The notes under the pieces are model-generated. The model did no database searches. It was given only the letters and a program-made list of their open reading frames with translations, and was not told the origin of the DNA. A stretch of DNA of 64,000 nucleotides from Octopus vulgaris (taxonomy: Eukaryota), in contig OX597814.1 in NCBI GenBank assembly GCA_951406725.2, positions 35,836,001 through 35,900,000 of the forward strand, written 5' to 3'. Position 1 is the stretch's first letter. Each line of letters opens with the position of its first letter. A program made the translations under genes and the position numbers. This document shows positions 14,322 through 27,510 of this stretch, piece after piece.

Positions 14322-17300
14322 ACTAAATACTATTAGAAGAAGAAAGTGGATGAAAGAATTGGAGGAAGAAATCACAAAAGAACTGGAAAAGAAAGACCAG
14401 GCATTGGGAAAGACAAACAGCAATATAAGAGATAAGGATCAAAGAAGAACCTAAAGGTAAAAATAATAATAGCACTACCAATAAGGAAGGGAAAACTGGC
14501 ACCAATAACTTAAATGATTTAAGTGACAAAGATCAGAAGATTTTAGTTGAGTTTCAGGAAGTAATGATTAAAGAAGTAAGAAAAAGATTGCCAGCATTAA
14601 AAGGCACCAACAGAAGGAAGCTGCTAGAAATGACTAGGAAAGTAAATTCGGTTATCAGTAGGATAGATACTAAAAATATAGAAGACACTAACTTATTGAA
14701 CTATGCAGGAGGGGTAGTAGTCACCAGAATATTAGATGTCTCACAGGGAAAGATTAAAAACGAGCAAATGTGTAAAAGGAGACTACAAAATAAACTGAAG
14801 ACTTTAAGACAAGATCTGTGTAGAATAGAAGCATGGAAACCAAACAAGTTAGGAAACACAAGATGCAAATCTTCCCTCGGGAAAAGATACTTAATGAAAG
14901 AGAAAGGATTTAGGACAGTAAAAGAAGAGTTGAAACAGCATATCATAGCAGTAGCAGGCAAGCTCTCCAGATATCAGTAAATAATACATCACTATCAACA
15001 GAATAGATTATTTGAGACAGACCTGATGAGATTTTATAACAAAATAAATAGTGGAGAACGAAGTACTGAAAATGAGAAACCTAATGCATAAGAAGCTAGA
15101 AAGTTCTGGAGTAATATTTGGGATAAGCCAGTCAATCATAATGGAGATGTAATAGAGTTAAACAAAGTGAGGGAAGAAGTAGCGAATGAGAAGTAGCCAG
15201 ATCTAAGATTAACTAGAGCATTAATGAGTAAAGTGTTTGGAAAAAGGCCGAATTAGAAGAGCCCAGGATCAGATTTAGTTCAAGGATACTGGCAAAAGAA
15301 ATTCAGTAGTTTACGTGGGAAGCTGGGGAAACAACTTCAGGATTGCCTCAATGGAGAAATGATATCAGATTGGATGACTAGAGGGAGGTCAATACTCATT
15401 ATGAAAGATAAGAGCAAGGGTAATACAGCTAGCAGCTAAAAACCAATCACTTGCTTACCATTAGTGTGGAAGCTGTTAATAGGAATACTTTCAGAAAGCA
15501 TTTACGTGCACCTTGACAACCAGAATTTACTATCAGAAGAACAGAAAGGTTGCAGGAAGAAGGCTAGAGGAATGCATGATCTACTATATATAGACGAAGC
15601 AATTCTAAATTAAGTAAAAGCTAGAAAGAAAAATCTAACAGTAGCATGGATAGATTATAGGAAAGCCTATGACATGACCCCATACTCATGGATAAGGGAA
15701 TGTTTGAGTATATTACTGCAGACAACATAAAAAAATTTATTAGCTGTAGCATGAAGAAATGGAAAGCAGATCTCTACTCAGGTGACTCACTGTTAGGGAA
15801 AGTTAATATCAAAAGAGGAATTTTCCAGGAGGACTCGTTGTTCACTTTTATATTTGTCTTATGTTTGATACCCCTCAGTTTAGCATTAAGGAAGGAAAAA
15901 GCAGGGTATCAGTTCAGAAATAGTAATGGAAAAATTAACCATTTGCTCTACATGGATCATCTGAAGCTCTTTAGTAAGAATGAAAAAGAGATAAATTCCT
16001 TAACACAGACTGTAAGACTTTTCAGCATAGACAGGCATAAAATTTGGCATAGATATGTGTGCAATATTAGCCATGAGAAGGGGACAGGTAGTCAACAGTG
16101 AAGGCATCCAATTACTAGATGGCTAGACATTAAAATCATTGAAAGGAGGAGGGAGAGAGTTATAAGCATCTGGGAGTATTAGAATCTGACAGAAAAGAAA
16201 ACTACAGAAAGAAAAACAAAAATTGAGGAGTACGTTAGAAGAGTAAGGAAGCTAATGAAGTCAAAGCTAAATGGTCTGAATCTAGTGAAGGCTGTAAATA
16301 CTTGGGTAATATCATTACTTAGATACTCTGCAGCTTTTGTAGATTGGACAAAGCTGAATTAGCAAAGCTAAACAGAAGAACTAGGAAGGAATTCAATATG
16401 AAAAGAGGACTCCACTCAAGGGCAGGAGTAGCAAGATTGTACCTGCCTTGTGAGGAAGGCAGAAGAGGGTTAATATCAGTAGAAGACTGTGTGGAGTTAG
16501 CTAGAGCAGATATAGACTCCTATGTAGGTAATTGTGAAGAAAGTTTATTAAAGTCACAGAAAGATATAAGGAAACCCAATAAAACCCAAACGAAATTAAA
16601 CACCAGAAAAAAGAACAGAAATTATCTGATTGGCAGGAGAAAGCATTGCATGGTAGATTCCCAAAGATAGTTGCAGTAAATAGTAGTAGGGAGACATGGT
16701 TATGGCTGCAGAAAGGAAAGCTGAAAAGGGAGACAGAAAGTTTGTTAGTTGCTGCACAATATAGAACACTAAGGTTTTATTGGATAAAAGCGAAGATAGA
16801 CAGAAACCAAATAGATTCCCAATGTAGATTATGCAAATCAACAGAGAAAAGCATTACTTATATAATAAGTGAATGTAGCATGCTGGCACAGAAAAAAATA
16901 CAAGATAAGACATGACAATCTAGGGAGAGTAATCCACTGGAAGCTTTGTAGAAAGCTAGGATTTGAACATACTAATAAATGGTATGAACACGAACATAGT
17001 AAAGTACTAGAAAGTAAGAAATACAAGATGTGGGACTTTAACATTCAGACTGACTGAGTAATACAAGCTAGAAGTCCTGGTTTGGTAGTAGTAGATAGAG
17101 AATAGAAAGTATCAGATAACTGACTTTACAATTACTAATGACAAAAAAAAAATTAGTATGAGAAGTATAGAAAATTAGCAAAGAACTAGGATCTTGTTAT
17201 TGAATTACAGAGACTATAGAAAGTGTGGGTAAAATGTAACCCAGTAGTTACAGGTGCATTGGGAACTATCCCTAAAGATCTGAACAGATGGATAAAGGAA

Positions 17301-17470
17301 ATAAGCATTAAACCCAGTTTAGTACACCTCCAGAAAACTGTTATTAGGGACAGCTAGGATACTTAGGATGATTCTTGGCATCAAAGGTTACTTGTTGTAA
17401 CCCGATGTTAGGATTCTTTTTCAACAGCCTAATCTGTTGAGTGTATATGAAAATAATAATAATAATAATA
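14322..17470 (+). mobile_element. About 3.1-kb R4/Dong-type non-LTR retrotransposon (RT + CCHC + REL), pseudogenised
   Basis: PGSDLVQGYW, PITCLPLVWKLL, EEQKGCRK, AWIDYRKAYD, RGIFQEDSL, INHLLYMDHLKLF, CRLC, RHDNLGRVIHWKLC, WDFNIQTD; starts and ends in (TAA)n. Confidence 0.92.
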
Positions 17471-17731
17471 ATCTTTTCTACTACAAGCACAAGGTGTGAA
17501 ACTTGTGGGGAGGAGGTAATCACTTACAGCAACCCCAGTGCATACTCTTTTACTAAACTTTCTATATAACTCTTTTACTAAACTTTCATATATAACACTT
17601 TCCTAGCAAGAGATCAGATATGCATTTGTTTGACATGTTAGTAATAGCAGCAAAATCTTTTTTACCATCTTTCAAAATGCAAGGCACATACTGCATAATA
17701 TGTTTCTAGATACAGTCTATTATATAATATT

Positions 17732-17956
17732 CTCTCTTTTACTCTTTTATTTGTTTCAGTCATTTGACTGTGGCCATGCGGGAGCACCGCCTTTAGTCGA
17801 GCAAATCAACCCCAGGACTTATTCTTTGTAAGCATAGTACTTATTCTATCGGTCTCTTTTGCTGAACCGCTAAGTTACGGGGACGTAAACACACCAGCAT
17901 CGGTTGTCGAGCGATGTTGGGGGAACAAACGCAGGCACACAAACACATACACACAC

Positions 17957-17997
<41 letters not shown>

Positions 17998-18018
17998 CAT
18001 ATATATATATATACATAC

Positions 18019-18053
<35 letters not shown>

Positions 18054-18229
18054 CATACATATATACGACGGGCTTCTTTCAGTTTCCGTCTACCAAATCC
18101 ACTCACCAGGCTTTGGTCGGACCAAAGCTATAGTAGAAGGCACTTGCCCAAGGTGCTATGCAGTGGGACTGAACCCGGAACCATGTGGTTGGTAAGCAAG
18201 CTACTTACCACACAGCCACTCCTACGCCT
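17732..18229 (-). mobile_element. SINE family A
   Basis: Full-length copy with expanded internal (TA)n. Confidence 0.9.
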
Positions 18230-18234
18230 ATTAT

Positions 18235-18374
18235 AACTGATACTGATTTCATTAACCTCGGAAGGATGAAAGGCAAAATCAATCTCGGTAAAATTTGAAC
18301 TCAGACTGTAAAGACAGACAAAATCTGCTAAGCATTTTGCCTGGTGTGCTAATGATTCTACCAGCTTGCTGCCT

Positions 18375-18376
<2 letters not shown>
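18235..18376 (-). mobile_element. SINE family B, partial
   Basis: Reverse-complement head AAGGCAGCAAGCTGGTAGAATC...GAGTTCAAATT...TTTGCCTTTCATCCTTCCGAGG. Confidence 0.75.
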
Positions 18377-18431
<55 letters not shown>

Positions 18432-18451
18432 TTAATAATAATAATAATAAT

Positions 18452-18740
18452 CAACATAGCAATTTCAAATGACTATACTGTTGCACAGAGGAAGCAAGAT
18501 AGGCCTGTAAGAAAATACACTGACTTGGTGTAGTTGAATTAAATAGATTAAGGCAGTTAAGGTATGTATCCATCACCTCATTTGTATTTGGTGCAACTGG
18601 AATGATACATGACCAGTTCTATGAGGACATTGACAGATTACAGTTAGAATAGATGTGGGAGCATTCAAGGAAATAGCAATACAAGGTTCTGTAAGTATTA
18701 TTCGGGCATTTCTCAAACAGCATTTGTTAAACATGAACAT
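18452..18740 (+). mobile_element. Third R4/Dong-type LINE, extreme 3' fragment
   Basis: Directly follows (TAA)n at 18378-18451; degenerate REL C-terminus IAISND...KYTDL...FVFGATGMIH...EIAIQGSVSIIRAFL. Confidence 0.65.
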
Positions 18741-18984
18741 ATTTTGTGATGTATGCTTTCAAAGATATACTGAATGCACTTACGTATTAGGGAAGAAACT
18801 CATGAAGTATTTCTTAAGCAACAACAGCTGTAGCAGCAGTAATAACAACAACAGCAACCACAAAAACAATCTACTGTGACATATGAATGAGAAAGGAAAG
18901 AGTGATAGATGAATGAGTAAGGAAGAGTGATGGCAAACTTGGTAGTCCAGTGATGGAAATTGTACAGTGAAAAAAAGTCAAACG

Positions 18985-19580
18985 TTTCAACTCTGTGTGG
19001 GTATGTGTGTGTTTATGTAAAAGGGAGGTATGTGAATATTTGTGTGTGTGCATATACGTGTGTGTGTGTGTGTGTGCAATGGAAGTGAGATGTTGAACAT
19101 TCAATGCTGTAAAGAAAAATCAAACAGCATTTCAACTCTGTGTGAGTATATGTGTGTTTATGTAAAAGGGAGGTATGTGAATATTTGTGTGTGTGCATAT
19201 ATGTGTGTGTGTGTGTGCAATGTAAGTGAGATGGTGAACATTCAATGCTGTAAAGAAAAATCAAACAGCGTTTCAACTCTGTGTGAGTATATGTGTGTGT
19301 ATGTAAAAGGGAGGTATGTGAATGTTTGTGTGTGTGTATGTATGTGTTTGTGCAATGGAAGTGGATGGTGAACATTCAATGCTGTAAAAAAAATCAGTGT
19401 TTCAACTCTGTGTTAGTATATGTGTGTGTATGTAAAAGGGAGGTATATGAATGTTTGTGTGTGTGCATGTATGTGTGTGTGTGTGTGCAATGAAAGTGGG
19501 ATGGTGAACATTCAATGCTGTAAAAAAAAATCAAACAGCGTTTCAACTCTGTGTGAGTATATGTGTATATGTTTGTGTGT
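18985..19580. repeat. Tandem repeat, about 130-145-bp unit, 4 copies plus a partial
   Basis: TTTCAACTCTGTGT...GTAAAAGGGAGGTATG...AACATTCAATGCTGTAAA recurs at about 18985, 19130, 19271, 19400 and 19541. Confidence 0.9.
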
Positions 19581-19842
19581 GTACAAGCGAAGTGTATGAA
19601 TGTTTGTATCTGTGATTATTATGTACCCTATTTTGTACCTTATATATATATAAAATACTACAATTAGTTGTCATTTTTGATAGCATGGGTCCAGCTAGTA
19701 AGAATAATAATGATTATCACAATAAATAATGATACCAATTGGTTATGGTAGCGATTATTCCTTAGTTTAGTAGTTTAGTACAAGCCAGATATTTTCAGGA
19801 GGGAAATTAATTAAAATTGAAGTCTGTACTTGACTGGTCAAG

Positions 19843-19873
<31 letters not shown>

Positions 19874-19934
19874 CAGGGTAGGGCAAAGATGTGTAGAGAA
19901 GTCAATAAGAAGGATTTTTATATTTGCTTGCCTG

Positions 19935-20415
19935 GTTAGAAAGAGTAGCTAGAGTTTCCTTAAATATCATCTTGCTATCTTGAAAATTGAAGAACACATT
20001 GGATAATTTTATCTAAAATAAAAAGTTAAAATTACTAGATGTTTTTTTTTTAGATGGAAAACCTTTGATCACAGTTCTACAAGAAATAGCTGCAAAATCT
20101 GCCCCCAAATCACATTCTGCTATCTTAAAAATGGAGAAATGCAGTGAGTAATATGGTCCAAAAACTAAAGTAAATTAAAAAAAAAAAAAACTGGATTTTT
20201 TTCTAGATTGAAAGCCTTTGATCGTAGTTTTGCAAGAAACAGCAGTCAAATCTCTCTCAAACTGCATTCACAATCTTTAAAATAGAACATATTTGAGTTA
20301 TATAGTTTAAAAAACAATAGAAACAAGATGTTCTCTAGATTAAATACCTTTGATCATGGCTCTGCTTAACTGGTGCCAACCTCAGGCTAAACCACCACCA
20401 CCAACAACAACAACA
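19935..20415 (+). repeat. Three degenerate tandem units (about 150 bp) of an old dispersed repeat with GGCTAAAC(AAC)n tail
   Basis: AGAAATAGCNGC.AAATCT...TAGAT.GAAA.CCTTTGATC recurs three times; similar pieces at about 17610, 40290 and (minus) 6690, 24360. Confidence 0.6.
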
Positions 20416-20692
20416 GGGATGATGAGGATGATGATGCTAATGTTGCCGCCGCTGCCAACATTAGCAACATGGACAATGATGATGCCAATGTTGTCACTCC
20501 CTCTACCACCATTACTAACAAAAGTAACATAAGAAAACCAAATTTACCGCAGAAGCATTTGAGCTCAAAAGGTAGAGATAAAAAAAAGTAAATATAGCAA
20601 TACCGACAAAGTAAATCTGCTGCTCTACTATTTCTGCTGACTCACACTTCTTACCTTAACAAAACAATAAAATCAATTAGGCCAAAAAACAA

Positions 20693-20727
<35 letters not shown>

Positions 20728-21184
20728 TAATAAAAAGAAAATGAAGTTGAACAACAGCAATAACAACAAACGACACAATAGTGAGAAAAAAAAGACAATG
20801 CAATAAATTTACAACAATAACAAGAACATCAACAGCAAATCATAATAAAGAAGAGAGATCAAAAACAATTCAGAGAAGACATCTATGGGGAAAAATAAGA
20901 GTGTAAATAAGAAGAAAGTCTGTAAGTGAAATAAGAGGTTGAAACAAAGTATGATTGTGGGAGAACACGAGAGCATAGTAGAGAGGTATGGAGGTGTGAT
21001 GCAAACCTACTCTGAAATTAATCAGAAGGAACTGCCAAAAAAAAAAAAAAAGCCTGGGAAAAAAATCAGCAAAAGAAAAACAAAAACAAATTGTATTATT
21101 ACTTTCGTAATTGAAATTTAAAAATTTAAACTAAATTTATATTTCATGGTTCTTAATGTTCATGTATGCAAACACTTTTCAAAT

Positions 21185-21443
21185 GCATCATCATCACCAT
21201 CGTCATCATCATCATATCATCATCATCGTCGTCGTTGTCGTCATCATCATCATCATCATCATCACCGTCATCATCCTTCTTGCGATAATCATTATCATCA
21301 ACATTCAGCATTAATCATCATCATTCCTATCACTACCATTACAATTACACTACTAATACTACCACAACCGCCACCACCACCACCACCACCACCACCACCA
21401 CCACCACCACCACCACCACTATTATCATCACCATCACCATCTC
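21185..21443. repeat. Compound (CAT)n/(CCA)n trinucleotide microsatellite
   Basis: Directly visible; produces the spurious poly-H/poly-P ORF. Confidence 0.9.
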
Positions 21444-22017
21444 GGTAATGGAAATTGTAGCCATGTGTCTTTTTTCATTTCAAGAAGAGTATCTTTGTGA
21501 TAAAACGGTCACCTATAGTCATTATCTTGGTGTAGCATATATCTAGATATTTTGTCAACCACTACAAACAACTAACTAGAGTCTAATCGATTCGGTAAAG
21601 CTGCCAGGAAGCCAGCCACTCATTCTATGACATACCAAACAGAATTTAAACAAAAACAGAGACAGCCTGGCAAGAAGTGTTGTTATGAACACAGTACATA
21701 AGTAAGCTCATATATACAATAGAACCTATCTACCATACAGCATTACAAAATATACCTATAGATCTTTAGCCAATACTAAAATACTTTAGGTGCAGAGGTG
21801 GTTGTGCAGATATAGAATTTATTTTGTAAGTATGAAGTTTTGAGTTCTGTCTCACTGTGTGGAATCTTGGGCAAGTATCATATGTAGCTTTAGCTTCACC
21901 AATGTCTTGAAAGTGAAATGGGAAGTGGGAAAACAATATGAAATCACATTATATATGTCTCATGGTTCGGAGACAACAGATGGACCTGTGCAGTTGTCAA
22001 GTGGTAGACAAGAGATG

Positions 22018-22249
22018 TTAACCCTTTCGTTACTGTATTTATTTTGAGATGCTTCATGTTTCTTTCAATTACTTTAAATATAACAAAGAATTTAGTAAAA
22101 TAAGTTAGTTATCATTCAGCTAGTGTTAGGAACATAAGATTTATGTGACTAAGATTTATTGGAAGATTTTAATTCAAAATTTATGAAAACGAGACATTTG
22201 TACTCAGAGCCAAAGCCGGTTTCAGCCGGGTTGGTATTAAAAGGGTTAA
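22018..22249. mobile_element. TTAA-flanked MITE (piggyBac-like)
   Basis: TTAA|CCCTTTCGTTAC...GGTATTAAAAGGG|TTAA; reverse copy at 39956-40171. Confidence 0.8.
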
Positions 22250-22849
22250 AGGTCTTCAGAATAATGGTAAGATGATTTAGTTTAACGATTTGGTCCAAGA
22301 TGGAAAAGAACGACACAATCAAGAAAGAATTGGAAACACATCATGACCAATGATGTATACAATATTTGATAGCCAGGTCAATACAGTGATAAACACACAC
22401 ACACACACACATAATATATATGTATATATAACTACTACATACAGGCACCCCAACAAACCAATTTACATCTCCACATCTCTTCTCTTCCTCACATTTTCTC
22501 CTTCATACACTATGCCTAGCTCTCACTCCCCAATCCTCTCCTCACAGTTCTGTTCCTCTGCATCATTGCTATCCGGTAGCCACCCCCATCTCTATACATG
22601 CTCAGGTTTTCCCCGCTCACTCCCCACCTCTGCACTCTTTACTCACACTTCCTTCGCAATATCCTGCCACTTATATTATGATGTTTGAGCCTCAAGGGTA
22701 TGCCCTGGCACTTGCCGCCATATATATCTCTTCTTTTACTCAACCATCCATTTATATCCTAATCCCCGTCCTTTGTGAGTATGCCCAGTATTTTGTCACC
22801 ATCTCTATCCTGCTGTCTCCTACTCTTGAGCCACATAAAAAGCACTACA

Positions 22850-23010
22850 TCCACACTGCTGGTTGGTTGGATTTAGGAAGGGCTTCCAGCCGTAAAATCC
22901 TACCAAAACAGTTACAGATGTCCAGTACAGGCTTCTGCTTGGTTGGCTCTTATGAAACCGTTTCACCCATGCTAGCACAGAAGCTGGACGTTAAATGATG
23001 ATGATGATGA
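22850..23010 (+). mobile_element. RTE-type 3' end, diverged
   Basis: GGTTGG...TAGGAAGGGC.TCCAGCCGTA...CCCATGCTAGCA...GGACGTTAAATGATGATG. Confidence 0.7.
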
Positions 23011-23030
23011 TATATACTCACAAATATATG

Positions 23031-23309
23031 TGGAGGGACATGGCTCAATGATTAAAGCATCAGGCTTACAATTGTGAGGTCGTGAGTTTCATTCCCAGAT
23101 TGGGCTGTGTTGTGTTCTTGAGCAAGCTACTTGGTTTCACGTATGTGATGTTACTGGTGCCAAACTGTATTGGCCTTTATCTTTTCCTATGATCACATTA
23201 ATAGCATGGAGGGGGAAGACTGACATGTATAGTCATCCACAAACAACCTTGCCCTGATTTCTACTTCAGAGAGGAGATTTCTAGGTGCAATTCCATGGTC
23301 TTTATGACA
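23031..23309 (+). mobile_element. SINE family C, diverged
   Basis: Colinear with 33328-33672. Confidence 0.75.
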
Positions 23310-23366
23310 TACATACATATATACATACACACACATATATAATCATATGTGTATGCATATAACTGT

Positions 23367-23579
23367 AAGGCAGCAAGCTGGCAGAAATGTTAGCACACTG
23401 GGTGAAATGCTTGTGGTATTTCATCTGTCTTTACATTCTGAGTTCAAATTCTGCCAACGTTGACTCTGCATTTCAGCCTTTCGGGGTCGATAAATTATGT
23501 ACCAATTACACACTGGGGTTGATCTAATCAAATGAACCCCTTCCCCAAAATTTCGGGCCTTGTGCCTAGAGTAGAAAAG
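23367..23579 (+). mobile_element. SINE family B (tail type 2)
   Basis: AAGGCAGCAAGCTGGCAGAAATGTTAGC...GAGTTCAAATTC...CAAAATTTCGGGCCTTGTGCCTAGAGTAGAAAAG. Confidence 0.85.
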
Positions 23580-24514
23580 TATATGTGTATGCCTGTTTGT
23601 GTCTCTGTAAATGTTTATACTCTCCCTCTTTGCATGAAATTGTCTGAGAAAAATTGTGATTCCATGTTACCATTAACTGTTATCTTTGTAGACCTTGCCC
23701 TTTTGAAGAGATGTGAAATGAAAAAAAAAAACCTTACTTGAAAAACTGTTAAAAATTAGTAACATTAGCATCATTTACTGGTAAAGTAATGTTTTAATAA
23801 TAAATACTCACCCAACCCATGCTGGCATGGAAATGGAGCGTAAAACAAATGAATAAACAAATCAACAGAATATATAGACAAATGTCAAGCCCCAAAATGT
23901 CTCTATTTAGTATGGAACATTCAACATTATGCATAATGAAAATACTATCTATGTAAGATTTGTCAACTTTCCAGTACGTTCTAATTGGCCTGCTTTCCTA
24001 AAGCTAAATATGTTGGAAAAAGCACTAGTCTAGATTTGAATGCTGCAACTTGCTACTGCTGTTTAATATTTACACAAGGCATAATCATATTTCTGCAAGT
24101 ATAATGGAGAAATTTTATACCAGAATTAAATATTAAAGTCGAGGTTACATTACACGAGAGGTTAATATTTAAAATAAATTTATTTGGCCAACATCAGTTA
24201 TCTTTCATTTACACTACTAATTGAACTCTCTTATAATTCAATAATAATAATTCATGTATTATATATTTATTAAGCTAAACAAAGTTCTAATTAGCATTCA
24301 AGTTCAAAGCAAACAGGCCACCATTGGATGGAATTTTGCTGGAACTAAGTATTTTCTTTATACATATGCACAGATTTTTGCAATTGTTCAGCTCCAGGTC
24401 AGCTTTGTTCGAGCAGATCTCTGATCAGAAGCAATCTAGCCATGACCACCCCATCATCATCATCTTCATCATCTCCACCACTACCACCACCACCACCACC
24501 ACCACCACCACCAC

Positions 24515-24880
24515 CATCATTTAATGTCCGCTTTCCATGCTGGCACAGGTTAGACGGTTTGTCTGGATCTGATAAGCTGGAGAGCTGTACCAAGTTCCAG
24601 TCTAATTTGGCTTGGTTTCTTCAGCTGGATGTCCTTCCTAATGCCAACCACTCCAAGAGTGTAGTGGGTGCCTTTTATGTGTCACTGGCATGGATGCTTT
24701 TTATGGGTCACCGGCAAGAGTGCATTTTATGTGTTACTAGCACAGGTGCCTTTTATATGTCACTGGCAAAAATGTCTTTTACATGTCACTGGCACCAGTC
24801 ACAGCTATGAGTTCACTTGGTTTAGCATGTCTTCTCAAGCACAGCAAATCGCCAAAGGTCTTGATCACTTGCCATCACCA
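24515..24880 (-). mobile_element. RTE-type 3'UTR copy with internal about 30-bp repeats
   Basis: (TGA/TGG)n tail and shared terminal 3'UTR; GTGCNTTTTATGTGTCACTGGCA unit repeated about 5 times at 24668-24796. Confidence 0.75.
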
Positions 24881-25262
24881 AAGAACTGCATTATTCAATG
24901 TGGCCTTTCTAATTTCCGATGGCAATGTGTTATATGAGGGGAATTTGGCATTTACATCTAACAGATGGAGCAACTAAAAAGAGATGCCTTTAAGCCAAAA
25001 TATGAGATAGCACTGTATTTTTGCTTTACTAGTTTTAATATTGGGAAATATGTTATACAAGCAATCACATTATGTACTTGTAAATGCAGCAACTCTTTTG
25101 AAAGAAGGCCTTCAAGGAGACATGCAATATATGTATATTGTGTGTGTGTGTGTGTGTCTTTGTCTTGATGTCATATGATAATTGTAAATGACAATCCAAC
25201 CCATCTGTACATGAAAAAGTAGAAGTTAAGGTGATGATGGCAATAATATATGTGCATGTATA

Positions 25263-25571
25263 TATCACGTGATCACGTGACCAACCAGACCATCAGATGT
25301 TGTTACACATCGCTGGTCACAATGCGTTTGCATTGTTTTAGCCTTCGAATGACGCCACCCCGCTGGCTCAGTGAGCAGGCCAACAGAAGAAAGAGTGAGA
25401 GAAAGAGTGGTGAAAGAGTACAGCAGGGATCACCACCCCCTGCCGGAGCCTTGTGGAGCTTTTAGGTGTTTTCGCTCAATAAACACTCACAACGCCCGGT
25501 CTGGTAATCGAAACCGCAATCCTGCGACCGCGAGTCCGCTGCCCTAACCACTAGGCCATTGCGCCTCCACG
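25263..25571 (-). mobile_element. tRNA-derived SINE family D (tail 1; OR-like octopus SINE)
   Basis: Minus head GTGGAGGCGCAATGGCCTAGTGGTTAGGGCAGCGGACTCGCGG...GGTTTCGATT; tail ...GGTCACGTGATCACGTGATA. The OR-family name is from recall and unverified. Confidence 0.8.
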
Positions 25572-25658
25572 CATGTATATATACATATCTATATACGTAT
25601 ATATATATATATATATATATACAAGCACACAGATATATGTATATATATATATGTTTAT

Positions 25659-25890
25659 AGGCGGCAAGCTGGCAGAAACATTAGCGCGCCGGGTGAAATG
25701 CTTAGAGGTATTTCGTCTATCGTTATGTTCTGAGTTCAAATTCCACCGAGATCGACTTTGCCTTTCATCCTTTCGGGGTCGATAAATAAACTACCAGTTT
25801 CGCACTGGGGTCGATGTAATCGACTTAATCCGTTTGTCTGTCCTTGTTTGTCCCCTTTATGTTTAGCCCCTTGTGGGCAGTAAAGAAATA
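25659..25890 (+). mobile_element. SINE family B (tail type 1)
   Basis: Full-length; tail AATCCGTTTGTCTGTCCTTG...GTGGGCAGTAAAGAAATA. Confidence 0.88.
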
Positions 25891-25910
25891 TATATATATG
25901 TTTCTACATA

Positions 25911-26150
25911 TACAGTAGAACCTCACAGTATGAGGGCACCATTGCACAAGTAATTTGCTGTATGAGCCGAGGTTCGTGCTAATTTTGTCTTGAAGTATGT
26001 GTGGAAATCTGCAGTACGAGCGAGTATCATATACGCAACAACTGGTTGGCACTGAGCTTGCACATGCTCTCCCAACACATGCAGCCTCCGCTCACTCAGT
26101 TCACATTTTTATCTCATTGTGGCAGAAATGGCAAGATGCTGTACTAGATA
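25911..26150. mobile_element. Probable Tigger/pogo-like terminal fragment
   Basis: Begins TA|CAGTAGAACCTC, typical of pogo/Tigger TIRs; no partner end found. Confidence 0.4.
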
Positions 26151-26385
26151 AAACCTATCCAACACTTGAAATCATGGAAAACACAGATAAAAGGATTATA
26201 AGGATAATGATGATGATGTCATGTAAATTGCATTATGGTATACGTCCTTAAGTCTTGCTCATATTTAATCCTTCAACTTATTCATGACCCTAACCCTTAC
26301 CATAAACCATTGCTTTGTAAGTGATACTAAGCATCAAATGTTACATTGGGCCAACATACCTACCTACAAAGAGCTAAGTTACAGA

Positions 26386-26870
26386 ATCATCATCATCATC
26401 ATCATTTAAAGTCCGCTTTCCATGCTAGCATGGGTTGGACAATTTGACTGAGATCTGGCAAACTAGATGGCTGCACCAGACTCCAATCTGATCTGGCAGA
26501 GTTTCTACAGCTGGATGCCCTTCCTAATGCCAAACACTCTGAGAGTGTAGTGGGTGCTTTTACGTGCCACTGGCATGAGGGCCAGCCAGGTGGTACTGGC
26601 AACAGCCACGCTCAAATGGTGCCTTTTATGTGCCACCTGCACAGGCAACAACCTCGCTTGAATGTTTTTTCACGTGCCACCAGCACAAGTGCTAGTAAGG
26701 CGATACAGGTAACGATCACAAAGGATGTTTTTAACGGGTTTCGTTAAAAACACCATTGATTGGTGTTTTTAACATGCCATCGGCACGGAGGTCAGCTTGT
26801 TGCTCTGGCACCGATCACTGTATGGTACTCTTAGCACTTCACTAGCACAGATGCCAGTCATCGAAATCAA
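26386..26870 (-). mobile_element. RTE-type 3'UTR copy
   Basis: (CAT)n tail plus TTTAAAGTCCGCTTTCCATGCTAGCATGGGTTGGAC..., with repeated GGTGCTTTTAYGTGCCAC units. Confidence 0.85.
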
Positions 26871-26879
26871 CGACAAAAC

Positions 26880-26992
26880 AAAACCAAGATCAGGGAGAGG
26901 GGCAGAAAGTATAGTCCAGAACTGAGAACAGTGGAGACTTGTCATTGATGGCCTCAGCACCAGTGGGAGAGAAGGTCTTAAGAAGAAGAAAC
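26880..26992 (+). mobile_element. RTE-clade LINE extreme 3' end with (AAG)n tail
   Basis: ...VQN*EQWRLVIDGLST.G.EG resembles the RTE terminal AQDR..WR.LV.GLC motif, followed by TAAGAAGAAGAA. Confidence 0.5.
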
Positions 26993-27450
26993 ACATTAAG
27001 AACTTTATGTTTGGCTTTACTTCTATTACTGATTTCTTATTTTTAAACTAGGAACTGTGAGCAAGGCATATTCTTTTGTTTGCAATAAATTTGCTTAATG
27101 AGATGATGACAACTTCAGTCATATCCCAGAATTCCATCTCTTTAAATGTGCAGATATATTCAAGCATTTAATGTTTTCATATACCAGTATAATCCTCTTG
27201 GGGATGTTTACGTCACACATTTCGTTTTGTTCAGTGCTTTATTTGAATTTAAGTGTATTTGATACATGCATATAGGCTGAAAGGAATGATTATCTCTCTT
27301 TTGTTTATGTGAAATTGTACATTATACTTTGAGGAAACCATTCTGTACTCACATAGGTATATTTTTGTTTTCCTTTTGATATATATTTTTACCATGCTGT
27401 CATGGTAAAAATGTGCATATGTGTTTATGTAAGTATATATGTGTGTATAC

Positions 27451-27485
<35 letters not shown>

Positions 27486-27510
27486 CATGTTTATATATAT
27501 ATATATATAT

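Noticed and set aside
18985-19580. CRISPR-like appearance of regularly spaced repeats
   Set aside because: Spacers are not unique, the context is eukaryotic, and there are no cas genes.
21146-21448. His/Pro-rich ORF
   Set aside because: Trinucleotide microsatellite translation.
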